From positions 91,573,905 through 91,637,904 of the forward strand of contig JARDVH010000132.1 of the NCBI GenBank assembly GCA_030324005.1: 64,000 bases of DNA, read 5' to 3'. Under the pieces are notes generated by a model. That model ran no database searches and was not told the origin of the DNA. It saw only the letters and a list, made by a program, of their open reading frames with translations. Of the stretch, positions 40,001-52,645 are shown in pieces. The position numbers and the translations under genes were made by a program. The number at the start of each line of letters is the position of its first letter. The first letter of the stretch is position 1. Source of the stretch: Negaprion brevirostris (taxonomy: Eukaryota).

Positions 40001-42362
40001 GCGATGAATACAGATCGAGTTGTTGTTTGATACCTTCTATTAGCTCCTTAGTAGCCATTTGCCCCAGTCTGTGTGTTCATGCTCTAATTATATTGCCTTG
40101 TTTTCTCCAGTTTTCCTGAGACACGATGCAGCAGCAGTTGTGAGTGGTTATTGGTGATTCCACCTAATTGGAAAATAATGACTGTGCTTTAAACGTTGCC
40201 CTTTTGTTCATCTTTTAATATCACCTTTTGCTCATCTGTTTTTCGGTTATTTGCACCATACCAACTTGTGAGAAGATTCTCCATTATACGTGTGGAGCAT
40301 TTGTGGGGGCTTCATCATCAAACCTTCACTTTTGTGTCCTGGACGTGATGAATAAACGAAAATCAAAGATAAAACGTAAAGAAAGCATAAACAGCAAAGA
40401 TGAGAAAACTTCGAATTTATTAAAATGCAAGGTACAATTGGGGGAAAAAAAGCACACATTGCAATGCATGGTTAGAGGCTATAGGGCTGAAACTAAGGAA
40501 AGCGGCAAGCGTCGGCCTTAATAAGAGGGTTGGAGACTGGCGTGTTCGTGCACGTTTTCCTCCATAATTGTGCTGCATTTATACTCACAATTCGAATAGA
40601 AAAGGGCTTTTGATTTCGATCAGCTTTCGGTTTGTTTTTAGTCAGTCTATAATTAGGAAAGAGAGACAGGTATAAGATTTCAGGACTGAAAATTAACCCA
40701 CTTGAGGCATTTTAACAACTTGTAATCAATGAGGTAGCATCCATCCCAAATAAACATTTCTAACGTTCAAAAATATAAAATTGTCCGACGACTAAACAAC
40801 CGCATTCACCACTTCACCCTCATTCCTTATCATTGCCTCTAATTGGCACGTTTCGACTTCGGTCATGGGTGCTGTAGCAATGTTTATTCAAGTGCTTAAA
40901 TATTTCCCCTGCAAAAATAAACACATATTCCTCATTAATATAAATGTGTGTTGTTTGCAGTACCCATGGTATTTCAGTATGTGATGTAACCATTGTTGAC
41001 AGGAAAGGAAAACTAACGAGATAATGAGATCTTTAGCAAGGAGCCTTTGGCTTCCGTCCTTCCACTACGATCTGATGCCGCGCTTAGGGCGCAGTAAATG
41101 CTCTGTTATTCCAAAACACAAATGTCTCCATTGAGATGTTCAAAAATGTCTAATTATTCCAAAAGAAACATTCCACTATTTTATGGTCGATAAAACCTTA
41201 ACAGTGTGCAATTATGGAAAATCGAAGTTGGGATTTGGGGAATATTAGACAATTTCAATCATACACAATTAAAACAACATTCTGATGGAAGGGAGCCACA
41301 TACAAGCTTATCCAATATAAAGTCGAGCCTCTGCAGGTCGTTTGGCCGTTTAAACAAACCCGGTGAACGTTGGCTAAATACTTTATTCTGGAAGTATTAT
41401 GGCGTTTGTGTACTAAATGCACATGTGTATGCATGCATGCTTTAATGAAGAGTGCTAGTGCAATAACAATTACTCCTACACACAATTACTGTGAGATCCT
41501 TTCAAAGCTGAGATAACCGCGTTGCGCTCCACAGTTGGGATTTTCTTTATAAGAATATCAAAATTAAATCTATAAATCATTTCCCTGAATATATACTCTT
41601 GCTACCAGGTTATTTCTGTTTATTTTGTCAGTATAAATGTACTGAGTACAACACTTAGGAACCCTTGATATTGTGGGTCTCTGTAGTTGCAGACGCTATT
41701 GTTCTTTACCGAGTTGAAAATGGGTAGAGATTCATATTATGGAGGGACTGATGTCTGATTATTCTCATCTAGTCTTCACAAGCTAGCAAATAAAATGTTG
41801 TGCTTGTAAGATGACATATACAAATGGAAAAAGAATGAATAAAAATGCTCAATCCTTGCAACGGTTATTTACCTATCTAAACTACTCTGTGAGTCTACAT
41901 AGAACGCACAGCTACAGAACTAGAGATTTGTTGATTTATTTCTACGTACCCTCTATTTTCTATCATCTATCTTCTAATCACTGTTGATCCAGTTATTGTT
42001 GGATGCGTAATGCAGAATCATATTTCCCTATGTGAGGTTATATGGAATAAGTATGTATAACTATAGCCTGTAACCTAATAGTGTTCTTATTGGGTCACTA
42101 ATATTCCATTAAAACCACCTCTGTTATAGTTCAGAACTGATTTGGTTGTTTGTAACTTTGCTAGCTCAGTCGCCGGATCTCCAGGGAGTTTTTTGAACCA
42201 AAGTCGGTTTCTATTGGCCAGAGACTGATCAGCTGGTTATATTTGCTGCTGTCGCTTTGGCGCTCGGCCATCCTGAAACAAACCACCTCGATGACTACTA
42301 ATAGCTAAACCACATTGTGTACTAATACATAACAAATCATATTACTACAGAGTGTGGAGCAA

Positions 42363-42792
42363 ATGAGTTCGTATTTTGTGAACCCTACTTTCCCTGTTTC
42401 ACTGCCCAGTGGCCAGGACTCCTTCCTCGGACAGATCCCACTCTATACAACGGGGTATGATGCTCTAAGGCACTTTCCTGCTTCCTATGGGGCAGCGACG
42501 CTCCAGGATAAGAGTTACTCGTCACCTTGTTATTATCAACAATCCAACTCAGTAATAGCTTGCAATCGAGCATCGTATGAGTATGGGGCTTCGTGTTTCT
42601 ATCCTGAAAAGGATCTAACCAGTGTCTCGCCATCCGGTAGTGGAAAGCATAGAGCCCAGGATGACTTCTTTTCCTCAGACCAACATTACAAAACAGATTG
42701 GGCGAAAAAAAAAATTTTAAGTGAAGATGGAAACGACCGGAAGTACAGTACTCCAATTTATCCTTGGATGCAACGAATGAATTCGAGTTCTA
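42363..42792 (+). CDS. hoxa6: Homeobox protein Hox-A6, exon 1
   Basis: The N-terminus is [28 protein letters not shown] and the hexapeptide is [10 protein letters not shown]. The donor is TCTA|GTGAGT at 42793. Confidence 0.93.
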
Positions 42793-42980
42793 GTGAGTAT
42801 TTACAGTAGAAAATGGTAAATTAAACTTGACACATAGTTTAAACTTTACGTAAAGAATGCTTGCATATGTTAATTGTTACATTAACTACAACACACTTAC
42901 TAGAGCCGGGAAATTGAACAATAATTTGACTATATCATATGTCCCAATATATTTTCCATCTTTTGCTTCCACCAATGCAG

Positions 42981-43060
42981 GTTCTGTATTTGGGCCACAT
43001 GGGCGTCGTGGGCGACAGACCTATACACGATTTCAAACTCTTGAGTTGGAGAAAGAATTT
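42981..43060 (+). CDS. hoxa6: Hox-A6, exon 2 5' part (homeodomain residues 1-20, then interrupted)
   Basis: The acceptor TGCAG ends at 42980. The exon reads [26 protein letters not shown], and homology then stops abruptly with no GT donor at the break. Confidence 0.9.
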
Positions 43061-43440
43061 ATTTGCAAGAGTAATGTTTGCTGTTTTGTGCACAATGTTT
43101 TTGCTATCTTTGTTATTATATGTTGTTGCCCTTACTACCATATGGTTTGCGTAATCTCGAATATTCCAGTTTCTCAGGCACATCTTACCATTGTACTTTG
43201 TTTTTATATGTTTCATCAAAATACTGTACTGCAGTCACCTTCAATATCAAAAACAATATGGACGGTTGTGCAGTAATGAAAATGTCATTTTTTTATGTTC
43301 TGTTGATGTGATCACTAACCTTTATTACCCACAAAATGTTTTACTTGCAGCCAATTGATTCAAAACTTCAGTTTCTTCCAACTATTAACTCTAATTTACA
43401 TCTACTTTAAAGAGCAGATGCTCATCCATAACACGTAAAA

Positions 43441-43605
43441 AGACCATTCAGCCTATCATGCCTGTGCTGTCATTGGCAGAGCTATCCAATTAGTGCCATT
43501 TCCCTGTTTATTCCCATGGCCTGTTTCTTTTCTCCCTAAAAGCTCAAATTTATTTTTGAAGGTTATTATCCTGGCATCACTTCAGGCAGTCCATTACCGA
43601 TCACA
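43441..43605 (-). mobile_element. Degraded CR1-type LINE 3' end fragment
   Basis: AGACCATTCAGCCTATCATGCCTGTGCTG..AGAGCTATCCAATTAGTGCC..TTCAGGCAGTCCATT resembles the reverse complement of shark CR1-like LINE 3' ends. This is recognised from memory, not searched. Confidence 0.55.
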
Positions 43606-43793
43606 ATTCGGGACATAGAATTCATTGTTGTGGTGTTATGACACGTTTCAGTGCAAATTTACGATTTTTTTTGACGTGCACTGAATTTTGCAAACAAATC
43701 CTGATTCTGAGTGTCAATTACAGTGACTTTCATAACATTGCACTGGTCCAACTAACTCCAACTGAGCTGAGCCCGTGGATGAAGTAAATTTAA

Positions 43794-43939
43794 TGGAATA
43801 GGATGGGAATAAAGAGATACGGTCCCTGGAAGGGTAGGGGGTTTTAGTTCAGTTGAGCAGCATGGTCAGTGCAGGCTTGGAGAGCCGAAGAGCCTGTTCC
43901 TGTGCTGTAATTTTCTTTGTTCTTTCTTCTTGGAATAGG
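43794..43939 (+). mobile_element. 5'-truncated CR1/HER1-type retroelement 3' end with target-site duplication
   Basis: The element has the GGCTTGGAGAGCCGAAGAGCCTGTTCCTGTGCTGT 3' motif and a TTTCTTTGTTCTTTCTTCT simple-repeat tail. It is flanked by the direct repeat TGGAATAGG (43794-43802 and 43931-43939). Confidence 0.75.
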
Positions 43940-45213
43940 TTGCAGACTGTATCAAATTGTTCTTCTTTGTTCTCTGTAAGTTTACAATAAATTTGTGGTT
44001 TTACTGCAAAGAGATTTTCCTAGAGATGGAGTACAAATTAAATTTGAATGTGAACTCAGGACCAGACCTAATATCAAATTAAAACAGAGCAGAATTCCTT
44101 CCAGGGGAAAGGAGTATCGTTTTACTTGGCTTTGGAGGTGGTTTAGGTCCTAACATCTAGATTATAGTCCAAGGTTGTAATTCTAAGCAAAATCATTGTC
44201 TAACCTGGTGGAGCTTCCATTTGCAGTATCGTGAACAGGAAGACATGAGTTCAGGCCTGCAAATTACTTCATCATGAATTTCTCAAGTGACACACAAGAG
44301 AAGACAACCAAAGAGAGGAAACTGACCCAGAGGAAAAGAAAACTAACAATCCAGGCACTTAGGATTATCTTTCAGAAAGGTTCCAGATGGAAAAGACTTT
44401 TCATTAAAAGAAATTATAGGGGAGGAAATAAGAAGAAAATTGTGTTACGAAAAGGTATATCGTTAAGATGAATCTTAAACTGATAAAATAAATCTTGGGG
44501 TTATCTTCATTATATCATAAATGATTGTGTGGATGCCAGAGTAACTCTTTGGATGTATCTTAAAAGATTATGACCAGGATATAATTGATAGCATTTGTGT
44601 CAAGGAATGATTTTTCTCAAATAGACCAGTTGTTAGGTGATGAGTTAAGAAATAAACTGAGAAATTATTTTGGGAAACATACAGGCATGTTAATAATTCC
44701 TTAAATCACAACAACAACAAATCAGCAAATGCAACCATGTATTTAATAAAGTTTTACATGTTGCAGCCAAATTTAACACACTTTTTGTTGAGATAATAAT
44801 GTTTGCATCAAATCAATTTGGACTAAATCTGATAGTTTAAAGCTTCTAATCTTTAAATTTTGAAGGAATCATTTACTGCATCTGTGTTAAAATATACTGC
44901 TTTAATTTGTAAAAAAAAACAATTTTATTGATGAATATTATTAACCACAAAAGTGTTATGGAAGACAACCCAAAACTTTTTTGAAAACTTCAGCCTTATT
45001 GCTATTTCTTATTTTTTAAAACTGGATGTTTTTGCTGAATGAAGACAATTAAGATGACTGACCCTTTGCCTGTGAATAAACTAATTCATTTCTTAGTTTT
45101 GAAAATGTCATATGTCGTTATGTCTGAGGAGCTTCCAAGTCATCAAATGGAACTGCAGAGACCAACTTCAAGGCTATTTGCATTTGATAAGCCACATTTA
45201 TTATCAGAGATAT

Positions 45214-45340
45214 GGGCGGGATTCTCCTGCCGGACTCACATCAAAACCAGAGAATCCCACCCAAGATCAATGGACCTATACATGGTCCGGCCCCTACCTG
45301 CTACAGTTCCCATGATGGGTGGGATGGGAGAATTCCAGCC
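45214..45340. mobile_element. Short MITE-like element with imperfect terminal inverted repeats
   Basis: The left end GGGCGGGATTCTCC matches the reverse complement of the right end, GGCTGGAATTCTCC, imperfectly. It is a GC-rich island in AT-rich surroundings. Confidence 0.5.
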
Positions 45341-45589
45341 AGTGAGTCTGTGAAGACAATGATTTCCCCAAACACCAGACCTCAAAAGCTCAACACTTTT
45401 CAACTCATTATGACAGAGACATTATCAGTCCGGAACACAAAGCCAACTTCCATTCACTGGATGAATCACCTTTGTTCACATCATTGTGAAGACATTAAAT
45501 TAAGACTCTGGCTTGCTGAACAGGTTAATATTAATTCCTTTAAGCTGCAGCCTCCAATTTGCTGCTTAAAATGCAACTATAAGCAGCTC

Positions 45590-45845
45590 TGGCCACATTG
45601 GATACCTGGCCCCCATGTACACTGTAGCCTAGAGCGAGTAAGGGTGGCAGATTCCATCCCTAAAGGACATTAGTGAATGGATTGATTTTCACACTGATTG
45701 ATAATAGCTCTCTGTTCCAGATATTATTAATTGAATTTAAATTCTACCAGTTGCTGTGGTAGGATTTGAACCTGTGTCCCCAGAACATTTGCCTGGGCCT
45801 CCGGATTACTAGTTCAGTGATGTTAGCACGACTTCACCATTTCCC
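45590..45845 (-). mobile_element. tRNA-derived SINE, degraded
   Basis: The minus strand has a B-box GGTTCAAATCC (45762-45772) and an A-box-like TGGTGAAGTCG near 45830-45840. The body GGCAGATTCCATCCCTAAAGGACATTAGTGAA resembles shark SINE central domains (from memory). Confidence 0.65.
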
Positions 45846-45887
45846 TTGTCCTTAATGTAACACTTAGGCTTTCTAGTTGGGTGCATT

Positions 45888-46003
45888 AACCCGAACAGCT
45901 GCCGGATTGTGGCGACTAGGGGAATTTCACAGTAACTTCATTGCAGTGTTAATGTAAGCCTTATTTCTGACTAATAAATAAACTTTAACTTTACTTTACT
46001 TTT
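45888..46003 (+). mobile_element. SINE 3' tail fragment (shark V-SINE/HE1-like)
   Basis: GCCGGATTGTGGCGACTAGGGGAATTTCACAGTAACTTCATTGCAGTGTTAATGTAAGCC is followed by AATAAATAAA and a (CTTTA)n tail. The family assignment is from memory. Confidence 0.6.
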
Positions 46004-46652
46004 CTATTTTTGAATTACGTTTTAATTTTTCACCATCTGCTCCAGCACAATCTTTGTCTGTGCAGGCTTTACAACAGAGTTTGAGACATCAAATGGTAGT
46101 GGGAGTTAAGACTGTGAATATCCTTTAAGCACTTTTTTAATGTTTGGTGCTCTTCAATATAATTTGTCATGCCTACAATATTATCACAACAAAACTTATG
46201 GAAAAATTGACACTTTGCTTTTTAAGCAACATGAGGAATGGATATCTGCGCTGAAAAAGATAGAGTTGGAAGAATCAGGCGTTCCTCATTGTCTGCAAAT
46301 AGGCATGAAACTGCCCAAGGCTGTGAGTTAGCCTGCTTATTTGGTCATGACGTTAAAATATAACAACTTTTTGGAACATCCCATTGAGTAGTCCTTCAGA
46401 ACACAATGGATCTCCCCTATGGATAGCTGCTGTTGTCCAAAAACCTACAGTAACCCATGCAAAATAACTCCACAGTGGCTTAAAGGATTAAGTCCACAGT
46501 GGGTGCAGAATGCAATTCCAAGTAGTGGGAGTGAGGAAAAGTTGTTTTATCACAAAGAAACCCAAATGGTCAAGTTTCAAACTTCATTGTTTATCAGTGC
46601 TCAAATTATCAGGGACCATTTGTGTTAATAATGGGAACTCTGATACCATGGT

Positions 46653-46791
46653 CATCTGACAGAATGTAGAGATGCCGGCGTTGGACTGGGGTAAACACAG
46701 TAAGAAGTCTCACAACATGATGTTTAAGTCCAACCAGTTTAGACTTAAACTGGTTGGACTTAAACCTGGTGTTGTGAGACATCTGACAGAA
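46653..46791. mobile_element. Short palindromic mobile-element insertion with 12-bp target-site duplication
   Basis: The direct repeat CATCTGACAGAA occurs at 46653-46664 and 46780-46791. Inside is a 35-bp inverted repeat at 46707-46741 / 46746-46780. Confidence 0.75.
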
Positions 46792-47370
46792 ACCAGCTTG
46801 TGATACAAAACAATTATTAACACATATTTTGTTTGCAGCTCCAGTTATCAGTCATTCTGTGAGACAAGAGGACCAAAGGGAAGAGATTCTCTCCAACAAA
46901 GTAAGAATCATACCTAGGATCCACTACTAGGCAGAGAGATGGGGCTAGTTATTTACCTACTGACTTATAGAACCAGCCAGATCTTCACTCAAGAGGTGAT
47001 CAATCTGGTGTTGTAAGACTTCTTTCTGTGTTCAGTCAAGTGGCTCAATTACACCTCAATTGGAGCAAAACCAAGTATCCGTGACTGCAAGGAGTAAACT
47101 ACTCCAAATTTGTCTCTAGAAATTTTCAACCTTAATTTCCTCAAAAAAAATCCAAGGACTGCAACATTTCCAGCTTCCACCTTGAACAATTCAAGAGTTA
47201 TAGTTATCTTTTGGACTTTTAAACGTGCTTACTACTTTGCTTGTATTCACCTTTTGTGTGTGTGTTTGCGNNNNNNNNNNNNNNNNNNNNNNNNNNNNNN
47301 NNNNNNNNNNNNNNNNNNNNNNNNNNNNNNNNNNNNNNNNNNNNNNNNNNNNNNNNNNNNNNNNNNNNNN

Positions 47371-47496
<126 letters not shown>

Positions 47497-49304
47497 GAGC
47501 GCGAATTTGAAAGAAGTTAGTCTGGGCCTTTCTATTTGGTAGTGAGTTCTTATGTGCTTATTCTGCCAAACAGGACAGACAACAATATTTGCATTTCTTT
47601 TTGTTTTCGTTGCCCCTCTCTTTGAGTTTGTGTCATTGTATAAGTGGTAGGGGAAGTGTTCAAATAGCTCTGCATTCCACAGGATACTATAACTATACGG
47701 TGTTTAGGATTAATTGTTTTCCAATTGCGAAGTGTGAATGTTTCTGCTTCTATAGTCGTTACTATGTGATAATTTACTCCACAAATAGTATCCCAATTGT
47801 TTCAATGGTTAGTTTTAGATATTATTTGACTCTTCAAATAATGAGCGTAGTGGATATCACCATTTGCTATTGATAAATATTGTATTGTATGTGTCAATAT
47901 TTTTACCGTATTAGTTCTTTTTGTTTTGTGTTGTCAAATTGAGAGGCCGTAGTGTTCAGTCAGCTTGTGCCATGTTTTCTCTACCAGGAGAAACATTTAT
48001 ATTTGCTTATGACTTGACAGCTGTAGGATAAATAAAGTCAGCCTAGCAACGCTATCGCTCTTAAACTAAAATTTCGCGAAGAAGATTTTCTTAAATATAT
48101 ATAAAATATATACAGTAATATATATATAAATAAGCTATCCCATTTCTAAGAGTTTAGCCTTCAGCTAAAGCTGCCGAAAACTTTTTGTATGAAATAAGCT
48201 GTGAAAGGAAACTTAGCACTGTGAAATTGAATCGGTAGATGTCCTTGTTTCAGACAGAAAAAGACAGTATACGTGGTAGGAATGACTATTTAGTCCCTGG
48301 GTCCATTAAATACGGCAATTTTCACCAAACGCATAGCTAACGACATAGCTGAATCCGCGGTTAAATTATGAAACACTCTTCATAATGTTTATCCCAGAAA
48401 ACCGAGAAACAAGTAACGGATATCACATCTCTTGTTTTGATTAGGTGAATGACTATTTGTAAAGTGGACTTTCCTTTGTTAGCTACTGTATAGCCTTTCA
48501 CCCTAATCGAACCAACACAAAACTGTGTGTGAATAAATTGTTTCCATGTAAATGTAGACACAAGACCATGTTTATTTACCAGTGAAAAGGGGATTCAGCG
48601 TTTACATGGACCGTGTACGAAAGTAAATGGAACGATTTCAACTCATTTTCAATATACGTGACTTGATTTTTAAGAACGCGAAGATTGCTTTAATAGTTTA
48701 GGGTTGCGATGGCTTCGAAATTTCCACCAATACGTGACTAAACCTTCACTACCATGAGCTATATGGACAAAACAGATTTTTAAAAAGAGTAGTATGTGAA
48801 AGAATTGGCCTTTTGATGTTGCACGATACCGATTTCCCCTCAACAAATCAGCGATGATAACCAAGACGTATGAATACGCTCAATGCATAATAATTAAAAT
48901 TAAATCTGATTTTTTAAAAAAATCAAACCAATTCAGTTACAAGAAAACATCAAGTCCTATTTATAACACTGACAGCGGGCAGCACTTAAAAAAAAACCTG
49001 CACTTGAGGATTGAACAAATGTTCCGTTGTCTGGCAAGGATCTTTTTTTTGTTTGAAAGATGCCCTCCACATTGTTTTATGTGATTTATACTACGAAATG
49101 TAACGGTTACGTTTGAAATGTGTGGTAGCCTTAATTCGACCCGAGGCCGATTACCCCGTTCATCAGAACCACAGGATTCCAAGCCTCAGTCTCCAGAGGG
49201 TGGCGCGCAAGGACAACCCAAAGCTGCTGCTGGGAGCCGGCGGCGCGCCCCCGTGCGCGCTCCCCACGCTCTCCCTTCCACGCAACCTTCCCGCTTGTAG
49301 CCAC

Positions 49305-49525
49305 AGTGCACGGATTTACCTCTAGAGGTCATCAGCGAGAATTTACGACTGGACAACAAAAGCACGTGATTCTAAGTCGTGCCCCATATTTGGGCGCCTA
49401 CGTAGGAGGGAACGAAGTACATGTCCCAGTCATTTCCATAATTCATCATAAATTGTGCAGGGTGCTAGACGCACAAGCGACCAAGAGCCACAAATCAAGT
49501 AAAAATAAATAAATAAAAAAATCAA
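49305..49525 (+). promoter_or_regulatory. HoxA5 proximal promoter / conserved 5' leader
   Basis: It contains GATTTAC and ATTTACGA Hox-type sites, an AGGTCA half-site, an E-box CACGTG at 49363-49368, and a CCATAATTCATCATAAATT block directly upstream of the ATG. This layout is typical of Hox5 promoters. Confidence 0.7.
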
Positions 49526-50105
49526 ATGAGCTCTTACTTTGTAAACTCATTCTGCGGTCGCTATCCAAATGGCCCGGACTACCAGTTACATAATTATGGA
49601 GATCATAGCTCGGTGAGCGAGCAATACAGGGATTCTGCAACGATGCATTCCAGCAGGTACGGCTACGGTTACAATGGGATGGATCTCAGCATTAGTCGTC
49701 CAGCATCTAACCACTTTAATGCCAGTGAAAGATCTCGAAGCTACTCTGCAGCAGCAACAACAGCAGCAGCAGCAGGACCAGAAGCAGGAGCAGACACCAG
49801 GTACAACCAACCTGCCACATCCACTCAGTCTCCTTCACCTGACCCTCTGCCCTGTTCCGCCGTGGTCAGTCCGCCTGCAAGCGACAACCACCACGGAATC
49901 AAAAACTCCATAGCAAGCCCAACTACCTCCTCAAATTCCAGCAGCAGCAGCAGTCACATCAGTAGAGATGGGGTTGGCACGTCGCCTGGTACTGAGGATG
50001 ACACCCCGGCAAGCAGCGACCCTCCAAGTTCACAGAACGGGCAAAGCACAGCACAACAACAGCCTCAGATTTACCCCTGGATGCGAAAACTGCACATAAG
50101 TCACG
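49526..50105 (+). CDS. hoxa5: Homeobox protein Hox-A5, exon 1
   Basis: The N-terminus is [29 protein letters not shown] and the hexapeptide is [12 protein letters not shown]. The donor is CACG|GTAAAA at 50106. Confidence 0.96.
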
Positions 50106-50490
50106 GTAAAATCCCTCCTCTCTTCTTTTTGCATTAGTGGAGTCCTAAACTACTCTGGCAAATCAAAACGCTAAATGTACATGTTAATATTTCTTAATAT
50201 CTTTGTAAGGATCATCTTTTTTTAAGTTGCTACTATATTTGGAACCATATGGGTGGTGGGATATTTGCTAATAAGGTGTCTAGTTACGCATCAGTAATGT
50301 AAGAAGAAATAGGAACTGATAGATAGAAAAAGGTGTGGTTTATTATGGGACAGTTTTGTCCAAGTGGGCACTTTAACATTTAGTTCTAGCTAAGTTTCTG
50401 AAGTCATTTTGTTATTAAGGTCTGGGAGAGAGCGCAGGAGCTAGGCGTAGACATGCCTGGGCTAGATTTCGGTCTTGTGCTTTGAGTTAG

Positions 50491-50826
<336 letters not shown>

Positions 50827-52279
50827 TCAATAGAAGTACTGGGCAGTAGCTGACCAATTAGCATAATGTCAATACAGTACTGACTTCCAAAACTCTTTTC
50901 CCGTGTTACTTCTATGAAGAAAATCATTTCCATGTTGCCGTATTCCAATCTTTGAATCGTTAGTCTGTTTTCTGGCCGTACTGTTGCCTGTACAAGTAAT
51001 CTGCTTACAGTATATTGTCTAGAAGTAACAACAATGTTGTAGGAGTAGGTTAGCCTTGTGAATTATAGCTGTTTAACTTATTTATATTAATACATGCGGT
51101 GTTACTTGAAGTAACTGTATAAAATTGTCCAGTAAAAATGTAATTATGTGTTGCACTCTGCAAAAAAAGTGTATGTGAGTGTTAGTGTTGCTAAATGTCA
51201 AAATAGCTCCAAGCTTGCAATACGTATTTAATTTCAGGCCATCGTCCTCTGTAATTGATATCGTAGTGTTAAATCACTGAGATGCTACCTATTCTGTGTT
51301 ATTAGTGACCAGTGAATTTTGTGAAGGATATTGCGACTTTGAACTGTATGTCTATGCTGTGCCTTTGTATGACTTTGCACGAACTCCAATAAGTGGCTCT
51401 TAGCGCAGCGTCAGTGTATGTTTTTTGTGACAAAGGATAAATATAAAACCTAAAAGACTGGAGGTTTAAGAAATTCGTGATGAGCTTTTGTATTTGTTTT
51501 TAAAACTGACTGGAAGTTAAAATAAAGTTTCTATAGTAACTTTCCTGGACCTTGGCCTCCCAGATTAAGCATTTCTGTTGTTTCTATTGTCCTGCGAATT
51601 AAATTGTTTCGAGGGTTGAGTCCAAAACTTACACTAAGACATCAAGTATATTCTAGTCTGTACAAGTTTGCACCACTCCTCCAGATAGGAATCTTGCAGT
51701 TTGGGCTTACGACAGGCAATCAAATTGCGCAAATTTATAAAGTCAAAGTTCAATGAATAGATTTTCTAAATTCTTGATTACTACAAATGTTGGAATTCAG
51801 TAAGAACTGGCAAATGCAGTATTTAAATGCTCTATTGTAATTTGGCATATTTACGCAATTCGTAGTAAATGTGTTCGCCTCTTCTAACTGTATTCCATGC
51901 GCCCTGTCTGTTGCGCACTTCAACACCGTTTGCTAAACCACACATTTTCCGTAAATGCCCAATTTCTTTGTTGTTGCTGTTGCTCTTCCTGCACTTACTC
52001 TCACCCCCTTTATAAACATGGTTATTTGGAAACTGGTCTGAGGAAAAAGTGAACCCTGAAGTACTTCAACCACTTTGTTCCGCAGGTAGGCGTTAGTCAC
52101 GTTTCCACAACTCCTCCACCAAAGTGTAGCGTAAACGTTTCCCAACAGGTATTTTTCACTTTATAGAGTTAACTTTACTTACCGCGTGAAGACAGGACAG
52201 AAAATTCGCCTCTTAGTTCCTGACAGCAAGGGGGATCAGCACTTTTACCCTTTCTGCTTAGTGACTGCTTGTCCTTTAA

Positions 52280-52645
52280 AGTTATAATCAATAAACTTTT
52301 ATACACCTCAGTTCCGGCTATATGACATTTGGGTGCCAAATGAATCGGGTTTTGTCTATGAATTAGATCGTAAAATCATCCATAGCACAGACTGATAGCC
52401 TCACTGGCTATAAAAAATCACGTGGTGTCATTAAAGTAAGTTTTATGGTTTTGGGGAGTTGACAACCAACAGTATATTCTACATAACATATAATCTCACT
52501 GACGCTGGACTTCATTTGGTTCCTTTGCAGATTGCGTGTGCAGGCAGACCACTCAAATGGCTAATTTTCATGTTCAGAGGACTATCCACAGCTCCACAAC
52601 TCCAATGTACAGGAAAGTTGTGTTTTCTTGCAAGACAAGGTAAAT
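52280..52645 (+). promoter_or_regulatory. Conserved Hox5-Hox4 intergenic element with candidate non-coding exon 52531-52639
   Basis: It has dense Hox/Cdx/Pbx-type sites (CAATAAAA, TCGTAAAATCAT, TTTTATGG) and CACGTG at 52419-52424. An acceptor TTCCTTTGCAG ends at 52530 and a donor AAG|GTAAAT follows at 52640. Confidence 0.6.

Larger units (their letters stand above)
43061..47270. other. ~4.2 kb repeat-rich foreign segment inside the HoxA6 homeobox (insertion or misassembly)
   Basis: It lies between homeodomain codons 20 and 39, is visibly CpG-poor, and contains several SINE/LINE/MITE fragments. It ends in a (TG)n run followed by an exactly 100-N gap. Confidence 0.8.

Noticed and set aside
43061-43076. 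Canonical new intron in the HoxA6 homeobox
   Set aside because: There is no GT/GC at the homology break. Using the GT at 43071 would add foreign residues after helix 1, and no acceptor is visible before the gap. It is kept only as a minor alternative.
45039-45673. ORFs of 104 and 153 aa inside the foreign block as a possible transposase or reverse transcriptase
   Set aside because: No RT, endonuclease, integrase or DDE motifs are visible; the ORFs run across MITE/SINE fragments.
45762-45842. tRNA gene suggested by A/B boxes
   Set aside because: No intact cloverleaf is apparent, and the boxes form the head of a degraded SINE.
49674-49913. Poly-Gln ORF (and poly-Cys ORF on the minus strand) in HoxA5 exon 1
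   Set aside because: These are alternative-frame translations of the GCA repeat.
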